Below are positions 19,201 to 27,422 of a DNA stretch of 33,681 nt, one piece after another (positions within the stretch are counted from its first letter, which is position 1; each line of letters opens with the position of its first letter). The notes under the pieces were generated by a model. It did no database searches and was not told the origin of the DNA. It was given only the letters and a program-made list of their open reading frames with translations. Source of the stretch: Flavobacteriales bacterium (GTDB lineage: Bacteria; Bacteroidota; Bacteroidia; Flavobacteriales; BACL11); contig DUAL01000030.1 of NCBI GenBank assembly GCA_012960835.1, positions 11,270 through 44,950 on the forward strand. Reading direction: 5' to 3'. Made by a program: the position numbers and the translations under genes.

Positions 19201-20686
19201 ATCCTTTATTGGAAAGATTAGTAAGATAATGTTGAATTTGAGAAAGTGTATAGCCAGCATATCTAGCAAAATCTTCCACAAAAAACAACTCTTCCCCTTT
19301 ATCTTTCATGTAATTTCTTATTAAAATTAAAGGATGAATTTTATCCATTCCGTGAAGTTGCTGATATTTTGCTTCCAAATAATTATTTGTAGATTCAAAA
19401 TTTGCATCTGAAATAGATGAGCCAGGCAAAGAGCCAAAGAATATCATGTCTTTATCAATACTCCATTCCAAAAGTTCACAATCCATTGTTATCTGATGGT
19501 AGGTATTAATAAGCGGACTTTCTGAAACGCCATTTCGTTTTCTGTAAAGCTCTAATTTTCTTTTGGAATCGGAATACTTGAATTGCAATGCAGAATGGTA
19601 AATAGAATCGGTATCAAAAAAAACTTTTACAGCAGCCAATTGGGAAGAAATTCTATCGTTTCCAATACTAAAACGATTGGCATTTGCAATAATAATGGGC
19701 TTTCCATTTCTTTTTAATATGATACGTGCCTCAGCATAATCGCCACCATCCGCAATAAACTCCTTCCCTTTAAGAATGTAGCCACCTTTATAATCTACAT
19801 CAGGGAAAATTTCGCTAAGCAGCACATTTTTATCCTTAGATTTAAAGTAAGGATATGCCTTTTTTTTATCGTAACCACCAACATCTATTTTATGTTGTAG
19901 CGTTCCAATTATCGGTCTTTTAAAGAGATACTTATTATAAAACAAAACAGAATCTGCATGTATCTGGTCTTTTTTAAGGTCGATTTTAAAGTGAGCTAAT
20001 TGTGCATAAACTGAATCTGTATGCAAACCCACCTTTTGCCAATCAATCATACCTCCTTTTCCTTCCCATTTGTAATTTATTGGCCAATACTTTCCTTTTG
20101 TATTATACACATAAATGGTGCTTCCTTTTGCTGAACAACTTAGAGTAAATTCTTTGTAAAAGGATAAAAATGGATGTCCTAATTCTACTTCAAAAGTATA
20201 ATCGGTAGATGGGCAATACCAACTTACAGCCCTAGAATTTCTTAGCATTCCAGAGGATAGAAAATCATCCGTAAATATAAAATACAGCATCAATCTTTTG
20301 GTAGTAGATTCTTCTAGCAGAATATCTACTATATTTAACCAATCATTGAATTTTGGGATTGCAGTTGGCTGATAAGCAAACTGATTGATGGCTTTTAGGA
20401 AATTGGTAAAATGAGGATTTGCCCTTAGCCGTTTTTCAAGCATTGTATTTGCAATTGCAATTATTTTCTTTGTGCTTTTTGTATCAAACTTTTCGGATTG
20501 AATATTTTCCTCAAACTGAGAAAAAACCCTTGATAAATCTTTGTTTTTTTTGGCGGAAATAAATACATCCATTTCCTCTAAAAAACCAGAAGTTTCCTCT
20601 GAAAATTTAGTAAGTTTCTTCTTATCTTGACTAAAACTGCTATTAAAGCAAAGTAAAAAACTTAAAAAAAGTAATAATTTTCTCAT
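16235..20686 (-). CDS. Very large (~1,483 aa) exported beta-rich hypothetical protein
   Basis: Uninterrupted ORF. The probable start is ATG 20686 (MRKLLLFLSFLLCFNSSFSQ, Sec signal). Internal duplication; no T9SS CTD or terminal aromatic beta-signal seen. Confidence 0.85.
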   Translation of the reverse strand: MRKLLLFLSFLLCFNSSFSQDKKKLTKFSEETSGFLEEMDVFISAKKNKDLSRVFSQFEENIQSEKFDTKSTKKIIAIANTMLEKRLRANPHFTNFLKAINQFAYQPTAIPKFNDWLNIVDILLEESTTKRLMLYFIFTDDFLSSGMLRNSRAVSWYCPSTDYTFEVELGHPFLSFYKEFTLSCSAKGSTIYVYNTKGKYWPINYKWEGKGGMIDWQKVGLHTDSVYAQLAHFKIDLKKDQIHADSVLFYNKYLFKRPIIGTLQHKIDVGGYDKKKAYPYFKSKDKNVLLSEIFPDVDYKGGYILKGKEFIADGGDYAEARIILKRNGKPIIIANANRFSIGNDRISSQLAAVKVFFDTDSIYHSALQFKYSDSKRKLELYRKRNGVSESPLINTYHQITMDCELLEWSIDKDMIFFGSLPGSSISDANFESTNNYLEAKYQQLHGMDKIHPLILIRNYMKDKGEELFFVEDFARYAGYTLSQIQHYLTNLSNKGFVYYDYGEQRIKVLGKLHNYLKAKSGKGDYDVISFKSQVQSTSGAMKMQINSALNIKTKDLNILGVPEITLSDSQRVYMYPTDGRIVIKKNRDFIFSGQISAGNGRFNLFGKDFYFHYDSFWVDLNKIDSVQLSVPLEPIRRDMYGDEILTKIKTVIEAVTGDLQIDHPTNKSGLRKDSFPGYPIFRSYEDSYVFYDRKSIYNGVYDRDRVSFHLLPFEIDSLENFTGKGLRFAGTFKSAGIFPVFDDTLRLQKDYSLGFKRNTPKDGFPIYGGKGKYFNEIQLSNKGIKGSGKMEYLTSVSIADNILFFPDSTNLHTQQFNLLAVREGIEFPEANNTTTYVHYQPYYDVMNIYKKQSEFSFYNGQVTLDGDIELRPTGLTGNGIMKLDKAEVTSNFFMYNTVFFNADTADLVVHADDLEGIAFESKNLRTHIDLEEKIGMFYSNGSESYVRLPENQYICYIDKLKWYMKEQLLELGETSKSSLGTEFVSSHPLQDSLSFIAKTANYSLKDYVIHARGVDKIEVADATIFPDSGKVIVEKKAFIRILENATVLTNNLTEYHTFKKASINIKGKNNYTGSGDYTYKDELNKEQTILFQKISVNDDKMTIASGSVEGEKPFKLGAKFSFKGVVNLSADDKYLTFDGYFKMDHQCSFIPIEWVRFTSEIAPDNITLELDSVVVNDDDERLTTGLIMGADSSNVYSTFLNRKNRSMDIDLLSASYFLYYDKNESAFVVSGYDTLSNIFRLYDKQCKTKGDGLMDLGIFLGRIKVETAGFVEHNILADKEQMRLFLLLDFFFSEKALKVMAEDIFLSPGIENYEFESEFYGKTLGRIVGKEEAEMLLLELETRAEFVEFPDALNHTMSFTDLELRWDGKEKAYYSIGSIGLGSMVDYQLNSFLKDSYIKIKKGRNNDILTIYLVTESYESYYFNYKSGVMRARSSNLEFNEAIQEIKEGKRKAPHKGGIPAFRYQIAPQQSVDRFVKEMEKKH

Positions 20687-20756
20687 TTTTGTAAGTGGAA
20701 TAATATCACTAAAAGGATTTTTTCTGATAGAGAAATATCCACTTGAATATAATTCA

Positions 20757-21512
20757 TTAAAATGAATGTATGATTGCCAAAAAATCATCTGCATTTAATG
20801 ATGCACCACCAATTAAACCGCCATCAATATCTTTTTGCGTGAAAAGGTCTTTTGCATTATTTGGATTGCAACTTCCCCCATACAAAATAGAGGTGTTTTC
20901 AGCAATTTCATTCCCAAACTTTTCGCTAATAATAGTCCGAATAAATCCGTGCATTTCTTGTGCTTGTTCGCTTGTTGCAGTTATACCTGTTCCGATTGCC
21001 CAAATTGGTTCATAAGCAATCACAATATTATTAAAATCAGCAACTGATAAATGGAACAAGCTCTCATTTATTTGTTGTTTTACCCAATCAAAATGAGTGC
21101 TTTCTTCTCTTTGATTTAACCTTTCCCCACAGCAAAAAATCACTTTCAAATTATTAGCAAGCGCCATATTTATTTTTTGTACTAAATCAGCATTTGTTTC
21201 TTTAAAAAATTCTCTTCTTTCAGAATGACCGATTATCACATAATCGCCATTGGAAGACTCTATCATTTCAGATGAAATTTCCCCAGTAAAAGCACCTTTT
21301 CCCTCTTTACTACAATTTTGTGCAGAAACTTTTACCCTTTCAAAATCACTACATAATTTTGCTATTTTATACAAATACAAAAAAGAGGGGGCAAACACAA
21401 CCTCTGTATTTTTGTCTTCTGGAAGTTTGCTTAAAACTGCTGAAACTAATTCCAAACTTTCCTCTCTTTTAAGGTTCATTTTCCAATTTCCTACGACAAT
21501 ATTTTTTCTCAT
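20757..21512 (-). CDS. tpiA: Triosephosphate isomerase
   Basis: GNWKMN, GHSERR, AYEPIWAIGTG, YGGS, GGLIGGASL motifs. Confidence 0.98.
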   Translation of the reverse strand: MRKNIVVGNWKMNLKREESLELVSAVLSKLPEDKNTEVVFAPSFLYLYKIAKLCSDFERVKVSAQNCSKEGKGAFTGEISSEMIESSNGDYVIIGHSERREFFKETNADLVQKINMALANNLKVIFCCGERLNQREESTHFDWVKQQINESLFHLSVADFNNIVIAYEPIWAIGTGITATSEQAQEMHGFIRTIISEKFGNEIAENTSILYGGSCNPNNAKDLFTQKDIDGGLIGGASLNADDFLAIIHSF

Positions 21513-21513
21513 T

Positions 21514-22590
21514 TTATGTTATTCTTATTCTAGGATCTAATATTCCGTAAATAATATCAACCGCTATATTAACGACAACAAATATAGTAGCAATAAATAA
21601 AACAGCCCCCATTACAACTGGCAAATCCAAATTATTAAGCGCATCTACTATTTCTTTTCCAATTCCGTTCCATGCAAAAATATATTCTACAAATACTGCA
21701 CCAGCAAGCATTGACGCAAACCAACCCGAAACTGCCGTTACCACAGGATTAAGAGCATTGCGTAATCCATGTTTGAAAAGCACTACAAATTTACTCAAAC
21801 CCTTTGCAATTGCTGTTCGCATATAATCCATTTTCAAAACTTCTAAAAGGGAATTTCTGGTGAGTTGCACAATTACAGAAAGAGGCCTAATACCCAAAGT
21901 AATGGCAGGCAAAATCAAGTTTTTCAAATTGATAAACTCCCCTCTTCCGTAATCATCAACCTCATGCAAACTGCCCGTCATAGAAAGGCCCGTAATATCG
22001 GCAAGCAAAAAGCCAAAAAACCAAGCAAAAAGAATTGCCGAGAAAAAAGAAGGAACAGACATTCCTAAAACAGATAGGAATAAAGTCAATTTATCAATCC
22101 AAGAATTTTTATAAATTGCTGCCAAAACCCCTAATAAAATACCAATCAGTAGTGCAATACTAATAGAAGCCAAAGCCAAAACAAAGGTGTTTGGAAATGT
22201 ATCAGCAATTATGGAAGATACGGATTTCCCCCTTTTTACAAATGATTCTCTTAAATAAGGATACTTAACAACAATTGCTAATTTTTTAGTTTCAAAAATA
22301 GTGGTATAATTGTATTTTCCAGATTCTATAAAATGAAAAGCATCTTTGTTTTTGCTATGAAAGGAAAGTGGCGATAAATCATTGAGATACAAAAAGTATT
22401 GCGCACTAATGGATTTATCAAATCCGTATTTTTGCTTTAGCGCCATAAGTTGCTCAGAGTCCTCTCTTTGGTCAAGCATCATTCGGGCAGGGTCGCCAGG
22501 TAAAACATTAAACAAAAAGAAAACCAAAGTAAGGACACCCCAAAGCACCAAAATGCTATAAGTAATTTTCTTTATTATGAATTTAATCAC
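21514..22590 (-). CDS. ABC transporter permease, DppB/OppB type
   Basis: LPGDPA, SVPSF, LILPAITL, YMRTAIAKGL (EAA-like), LRNAL, DPRIR motifs; GTG start. Confidence 0.92.
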   Translation of the reverse strand: MIKFIIKKITYSILVLWGVLTLVFFLFNVLPGDPARMMLDQREDSEQLMALKQKYGFDKSISAQYFLYLNDLSPLSFHSKNKDAFHFIESGKYNYTTIFETKKLAIVVKYPYLRESFVKRGKSVSSIIADTFPNTFVLALASISIALLIGILLGVLAAIYKNSWIDKLTLFLSVLGMSVPSFFSAILFAWFFGFLLADITGLSMTGSLHEVDDYGRGEFINLKNLILPAITLGIRPLSVIVQLTRNSLLEVLKMDYMRTAIAKGLSKFVVLFKHGLRNALNPVVTAVSGWFASMLAGAVFVEYIFAWNGIGKEIVDALNNLDLPVVMGAVLFIATIFVVVNIAVDIIYGILDPRIRIT

Positions 22591-22593
22591 AAT

Positions 22594-23694
22594 TTAGTTT
22601 GTGAGTTTTTCTATGGAAGGAAAATCATTAAAATGCCATTTCCCTATAATTGTACCTTCTTCTATTTTTACCAGCCCAGGATTGGAACGAACGATTGTTT
22701 TTAGGGTTGTTTCATCCGTAAAATGATAAGGAAACATAATGTTGTTTTCATGGCGAAATACATCAATCAGCTCATCAGATGAAGCAGAAAGTGCTACAAA
22801 AGTAATCCCCTTTTTTTCGCAAGCCAAATACAAATCAGTTAGTTTTTTGCTTGCTTCTGCATTTGTTTTTCCAATGTTATAGGCAATGACTAAATACGCC
22901 TTTTTTGCAGACAAAATAGAGTCGGTAATATCCACCTCATCTTTTGAGATGGAAAAATCATGAATGGGCGGCTCATATCCTTTTTCAATGAGTTTTGTTT
23001 TTCTATCCACATATTTTGCCCCCTCTATTTTCCATGGTTCTTGCTCGGTGGTAAATTGCTGAGTTTCTCCATCAAGTTCATAGTACCAAATATCTTCAAA
23101 AACATCTTGCTTTGCATCTTTTGGAATTAGCATTCCCTCTGGAATATTTTCACCAATTGCATAGGGTCTAAAATCTTTGGTAGGTAAATGGGAATAGGTA
23201 TGCCAAACGAAATAACAACTTAACAGAAGGATTAATAAATTAATTTTGTTTTCCGCTTTTTTGGTAAATAATGACTGTATTTTATTCTGGCTTTTAAATA
23301 GGAGAAGAATGAAAAATAGCAAAACCATATCTTTTGTGAAAGATTGCCATGGCGTGAGTTTTAAGGCGTCCCCAAAACATCCACAATCTGTTACTTTGTT
23401 AAAATAGGCAGAAAAGAAAGTAAGAAAAGTGAAAAATACTATCATCAAAAGCAAACTCCAAGAAATTAATTTTATTCGACTGCCAAGAAGCAGCATTACA
23501 CCAAGCAATATTTCAAAAATACAAATACTTACAGCCGTTAAAAGTGCAAAAGGAACAAACCACTCCATTCCAAAAACTTCAAAATACTCTGCTAATTTGT
23601 AAGAAAATCCTATTGTATCATTAGCTTTTATCAGCCCAGAAATAATGAATAAAACACCAACTAAAAATCTTGAAATGATAAGTAAAATCCTCAT
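22594..23694 (-). CDS. DoxX/MauE-family membrane protein with C-terminal thioredoxin-like domain (BT_3928-like)
   Basis: N-terminal TMs with SGLIKAND and DCGCFGDA; C-terminal DFRPY and DETTLKTIVRSNPG. Confidence 0.83.
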   Translation of the reverse strand: MRILLIISRFLVGVLFIISGLIKANDTIGFSYKLAEYFEVFGMEWFVPFALLTAVSICIFEILLGVMLLLGSRIKLISWSLLLMIVFFTFLTFFSAYFNKVTDCGCFGDALKLTPWQSFTKDMVLLFFILLLFKSQNKIQSLFTKKAENKINLLILLLSCYFVWHTYSHLPTKDFRPYAIGENIPEGMLIPKDAKQDVFEDIWYYELDGETQQFTTEQEPWKIEGAKYVDRKTKLIEKGYEPPIHDFSISKDEVDITDSILSAKKAYLVIAYNIGKTNAEASKKLTDLYLACEKKGITFVALSASSDELIDVFRHENNIMFPYHFTDETTLKTIVRSNPGLVKIEEGTIIGKWHFNDFPSIEKLTN

Positions 23695-23695
23695 C

Positions 23696-24232
23696 TTATT
23701 TTGTTTTAATTAAAGCAAAAACAGCATAATTTATCATATCCAAATAATTAGCATCAATCCCTTCCGAAATCAGTGTTTCCCCTTCATTATTTTCAATCTG
23801 TTTTACGCGTAATAATTTTTGTAAAATAAGGTCGGTAAGTGAACTTATCCGCATATCTTTCCATGCCTCATCATAATCATGGTTTTTATCAGACATTAAT
23901 CGTTTTGCTTGATTGGCATATTGACTAAAAAGTCCCATGGCATTGGAAAAAGACAATTCTTCTGCATGCTCTGCCACCCCTAGTTCTAATTGTATCAGTC
24001 CAATAATGGAATAATTGATTATCCCAACATATTCATTACTTATATCTTCATTTATCTTTTGTGTGCCCTTTTGGTCAATGCTTCTTATTCTTTGGGCTTT
24101 GATGAAAATTTGGTCTGTAAGTGAGCTAATTCTCAGAATTCGCCATGCTGTTCCATAATCTTTTAGTTTTTTAGCAAAAATGTCCTCACATTTTTTTATT
24201 ATTGACTCGTATTCAGTAATTGTCTGTTTCAT
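23696..24232 (-). CDS. DUF1599 domain protein (tandem domain)
   Basis: Two copies of K..DY..AW...RISSLTD.I..K..R; TATTTTTG box at 24264-24257. Confidence 0.85.
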   Translation of the reverse strand: MKQTITEYESIIKKCEDIFAKKLKDYGTAWRILRISSLTDQIFIKAQRIRSIDQKGTQKINEDISNEYVGIINYSIIGLIQLELGVAEHAEELSFSNAMGLFSQYANQAKRLMSDKNHDYDEAWKDMRISSLTDLILQKLLRVKQIENNEGETLISEGIDANYLDMINYAVFALIKTK

Positions 24233-24276
24233 GAATTTTTTATTGTTCTTTTAAGCCAAAAATACATTTTTTCCAA

Positions 24277-25113
24277 ATGAAAGCTTTTAATATAAAAGGT
24301 AAAATGCTTGATTTATCAACACCAAAAGTAATGGGGATTCTTAATATTACTGACGATTCTTTTTTTGATGGCGGAAAATACATTAGTAAAAATAAAATAT
24401 TAGAAAGGTGCGATAAAATGCTTACGGAAGGTGCATCAATCATTGATATTGGCGCACAATCGTCAAGACCTGGTTCAAAAAGCATAAACTCTAATCTTGA
24501 AAAAGAACGCCTACTTACAGCTATCACAAATGTAAAACATCATTTCCCCGACATTATTATTTCGGTGGATACTTATAATGCATCTATTGCAAAAAGCTGC
24601 ATTAAAAATGGAGCTGATATTATTAATGATATTTCAGCAGGAGAAAAGGATAAAGAAATGTGGGCAGTAGTAGCAGAATTTGGCGTTACCTATATTATGA
24701 TGCATATGAAAGGTAAGCCAGAAAATATGCAAGAAAATCCACAATACGATAATGTAACTAACGATATTATGGTATTTTTTGAAAAAAAAATAAAGAACTT
24801 GAAAACGAAAGGAATTGAGCAAATTATCATTGACCCTGGTTTTGGTTTCGGAAAAACTATGGAGCATAATTATGAGATTTTAAATAATTTAGAAAGATTT
24901 CAAAAATTCGGCTTACCACTATTAGTTGGCGTATCACGAAAGTCTATGATTTACAATTTACTAGATACAACAGCTCAAAAAGCATTGAACGGCACAACAG
25001 CCATAAACATGATGGCATTACTAAACGGGGCAAATATTTTGAGAGTTCATGATGTAAAACAGGCCATTGAATGTATTAAAATTGTTAATTTCGCCAAAAG
25101 TTGTAAAAAATGA
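24277..25113 (+). CDS. folP: Dihydropteroate synthase
   Basis: MGILNITDDSF, DIGAQSSRPG, INDIS, DPGFGFGK, SRKS, LRVHDV motifs. Confidence 0.97.
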   Translation: MKAFNIKGKMLDLSTPKVMGILNITDDSFFDGGKYISKNKILERCDKMLTEGASIIDIGAQSSRPGSKSINSNLEKERLLTAITNVKHHFPDIIISVDTYNASIAKSCIKNGADIINDISAGEKDKEMWAVVAEFGVTYIMMHMKGKPENMQENPQYDNVTNDIMVFFEKKIKNLKTKGIEQIIIDPGFGFGKTMEHNYEILNNLERFQKFGLPLLVGVSRKSMIYNLLDTTAQKALNGTTAINMMALLNGANILRVHDVKQAIECIKIVNFAKSCKK

Positions 25114-25895
25114 GTTTTCTGGATTTTATAGAATTTAATTTTATTAGCATTATTGATATTGTATTGGTTGCCATACTAATGTATCAGTTATACAAATTGG
25201 TAAGAGGAACGGTAGCAATCAATATTTTTATTGGTCTAACTTCTATCTATTTGCTTTGGAAATTGGTAGATGCCTTGCATATGGAGTTATTAAGTGAGAT
25301 TTTAGGACAATTTATTGGAGTTGGCGTTATTATTTTGGTAATTGTTTTCCAGCAAGAACTTAGAAAGTTTTTGATTATGATTGGCAGAGCAAAGCTGATA
25401 AAAAATAAAGGATTCTTTAAATTTAATATAGGAGAACAAGACAACAAACTCAATATAGGAATTATTTGCAAAGCCTGTCAGGATTTATCAAACAGTAAAA
25501 CAGGAGCACTACTTGTTATTACCCATACAGATGACTTGGCTTTTTTCTCAGAATCGGGAGTGCAAATTGGATCCGATATAACCATACCATTACTAAAAAG
25601 TATCTTTTTCAAAAATAGTCCTTTACATGATGGAGCAGTAATTATTAGAGATAATAAAATAGTTGCTGCTAGATGTGTTTTACCCGTTACAAACAATACT
25701 AATTTCCCTACCCATTTAGGGATGCGACACAGGGCTGCTGCCGGAATTTCGGAAGATACGGATGCAGTTGTAATTATTGTTTCCGAGCAAAATGGAGAAA
25801 TCTCATTTGCGAAAGAAGGAAAATTACAAAACCATTGTAGCGGAGAAAAGTTAGAAGAATTATTACGCTTTGAAGCAAATAAGCTTAACGCTTAG
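25110..25895 (+). CDS. cdaA: Diadenylate cyclase CdaA/DacA
   Basis: Three N-terminal TMs, FQQELRK, PLHDGAV and GMRHRAA catalytic motifs; ATGA overlap with folP. Confidence 0.94.
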   Translation: MSFLDFIEFNFISIIDIVLVAILMYQLYKLVRGTVAINIFIGLTSIYLLWKLVDALHMELLSEILGQFIGVGVIILVIVFQQELRKFLIMIGRAKLIKNKGFFKFNIGEQDNKLNIGIICKACQDLSNSKTGALLVITHTDDLAFFSESGVQIGSDITIPLLKSIFFKNSPLHDGAVIIRDNKIVAARCVLPVTNNTNFPTHLGMRHRAAAGISEDTDAVVIIVSEQNGEISFAKEGKLQNHCSGEKLEELLRFEANKLNA

Positions 25896-26445
25896 GAAAA
25901 CGCATTTTATAACTTATCTCTACTTTTCCTTTTGAAATGTCAGAAAGTTTTCCTTTCAAAACTCTTTTACGTAAAGGGCTGATTTTATCGGTAAATAGAA
26001 TTCCATCCAAATGATCGTACTCATGTTGAATTACCCTAGCGGTAATTCCATCAAATTTTTTCTGCAGTTTTTTAAAATTTTCGTCCAAAAATTCTATTTC
26101 AATTTCAGATTTGCGAGAAATATCTTCCCTAATTTCAGGAATGCTCAAACAACCCTCATTAAATAACCACTTCGGCCCTTCTTCCTTTATCATTTTAGGA
26201 TTGATAAATACTTGTTTCATGGGCTGAATATCATTCTCTTCATCATCAACAAAAGGAGCAGTATCTATAATAAACATACGGATTGATTTATTGATTTGTG
26301 GAGCAGCCAATCCAACACCACTTGCCGCATACATAGTCTCGAACATATCGTCAATAATTTCCGGTAAATCAGGAAAAGATTTTGAGATTTCTTTGCATTT
26401 CTCTCTGAGAATCGGAGAGCCAAAAGCTACAATAGGAAGAATCAT
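25885..26445 (-). CDS. def: Peptide deformylase
   Basis: GVGLAAPQ, EGCLSIP, QHEYDHLDG motifs; its 3' end overlaps cdaA by 11 nt. Confidence 0.97.
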   Translation of the reverse strand: MILPIVAFGSPILREKCKEISKSFPDLPEIIDDMFETMYAASGVGLAAPQINKSIRMFIIDTAPFVDDEENDIQPMKQVFINPKMIKEEGPKWLFNEGCLSIPEIREDISRKSEIEIEFLDENFKKLQKKFDGITARVIQHEYDHLDGILFTDKISPLRKRVLKGKLSDISKGKVEISYKMRFPKR

Positions 26446-26448
26446 ATT

Positions 26449-27420
26449 TTATAAAATGATGTCGATAATATCATCCACAGTAATCCCTTCTGCTTCTGCT
26501 TTATAATTCCTTATTATTCGGTGTCGGAGAATTGGCTTTGCTACTGCTTTTACATCTTCAATATCAGGGGAGTATTTACCGTTTATTGCGGCATAACATT
26601 TTGCACCCAAAAGCATAAACTGAGAAGCTCTAGGGCCAGCTCCCCATGAAATATACTGCTGTACCTTTTCTGAAGCCATCTCAGTATCGGGGCGGGTTTT
26701 TGCTACTAAGGAAACTGCATACTCTATCACATTGTCATTCACAGGGATTTTCCTAAGAATATTCTGATGAAATACAATGTCTTCTGCATCCATTACTTTA
26801 TTTAAAGTAGCTGAATAATCAGAGGTTGTTTGTTTAACAATTTGGATTTCCTCATTATAATTAGGATAATCTAAAATCACATTGAACATAAATCGATCTA
26901 ATTGGGCTTCTGGCAAAGGATATGTACCTTCTTGTTCGATAGGGTTTTGGGTTGCCAGCACAAAAAACGGATTCTCTAATTCGTATTTATTTCCAGCATT
27001 AGTAACAGAGCGTTCCTGCATGGCTTCCAAAAGTGCGGATTGGGTTTTTGGTGGCGTTCTGTTTATCTCATCTGCTAAAATAATATTGGCAAATAAAGGG
27101 CCTTTTATAAATTTGAAATTTCTACTCTCATCCAAAATTTCAGCACCCACAATGTCTGAAGGCATTAAATCAGGTGTAAACTGGATTCTGTTGAATTTTA
27201 GCCCTAAGCAATCTGCAATGGTTTGCACCAATAGAGTTTTTGCCAATCCTGGAACACCAACTAAAAGACAATGCCCCTTGCTAAAAATAGAAATTAAAAC
27301 TTGGTCAACTACCTCATCTTGCCCAACAATTACTTTGGCTATTTCTGTTCTAAAATTTTTGAAAACCTTTGCAAAAGCATCAATCGCTTTAACATCCGAA
27401 TTTATTAGTTGTTCATCCAT
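26449..27420 (-). CDS. MoxR-family AAA+ ATPase
   Basis: GVPGLAKT, RIQFTPDLMPSD, DEINR, ATQNPIEQEGTYPLPEAQLDRF motifs; start at 27420 or 27438. Confidence 0.95.
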   Translation of the reverse strand: MDEQLINSDVKAIDAFAKVFKNFRTEIAKVIVGQDEVVDQVLISIFSKGHCLLVGVPGLAKTLLVQTIADCLGLKFNRIQFTPDLMPSDIVGAEILDESRNFKFIKGPLFANIILADEINRTPPKTQSALLEAMQERSVTNAGNKYELENPFFVLATQNPIEQEGTYPLPEAQLDRFMFNVILDYPNYNEEIQIVKQTTSDYSATLNKVMDAEDIVFHQNILRKIPVNDNVIEYAVSLVAKTRPDTEMASEKVQQYISWGAGPRASQFMLLGAKCYAAINGKYSPDIEDVKAVAKPILRHRIIRNYKAEAEGITVDDIIDIIL

Positions 27421-27422
27421 AT

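Noticed and set aside
20687-20794. 36-aa N-terminal extension of the giant ORF, and weak alternative hairpins at 20693-20744
   Set aside because: The extension overlaps tpiA and precedes a clear signal peptide at ATG 20686; the hairpins are imperfect and AT-rich.
25885-25895. Convergent 11-nt overlap of cdaA and def
   Set aside because: Common in compact genomes; both proteins look complete.
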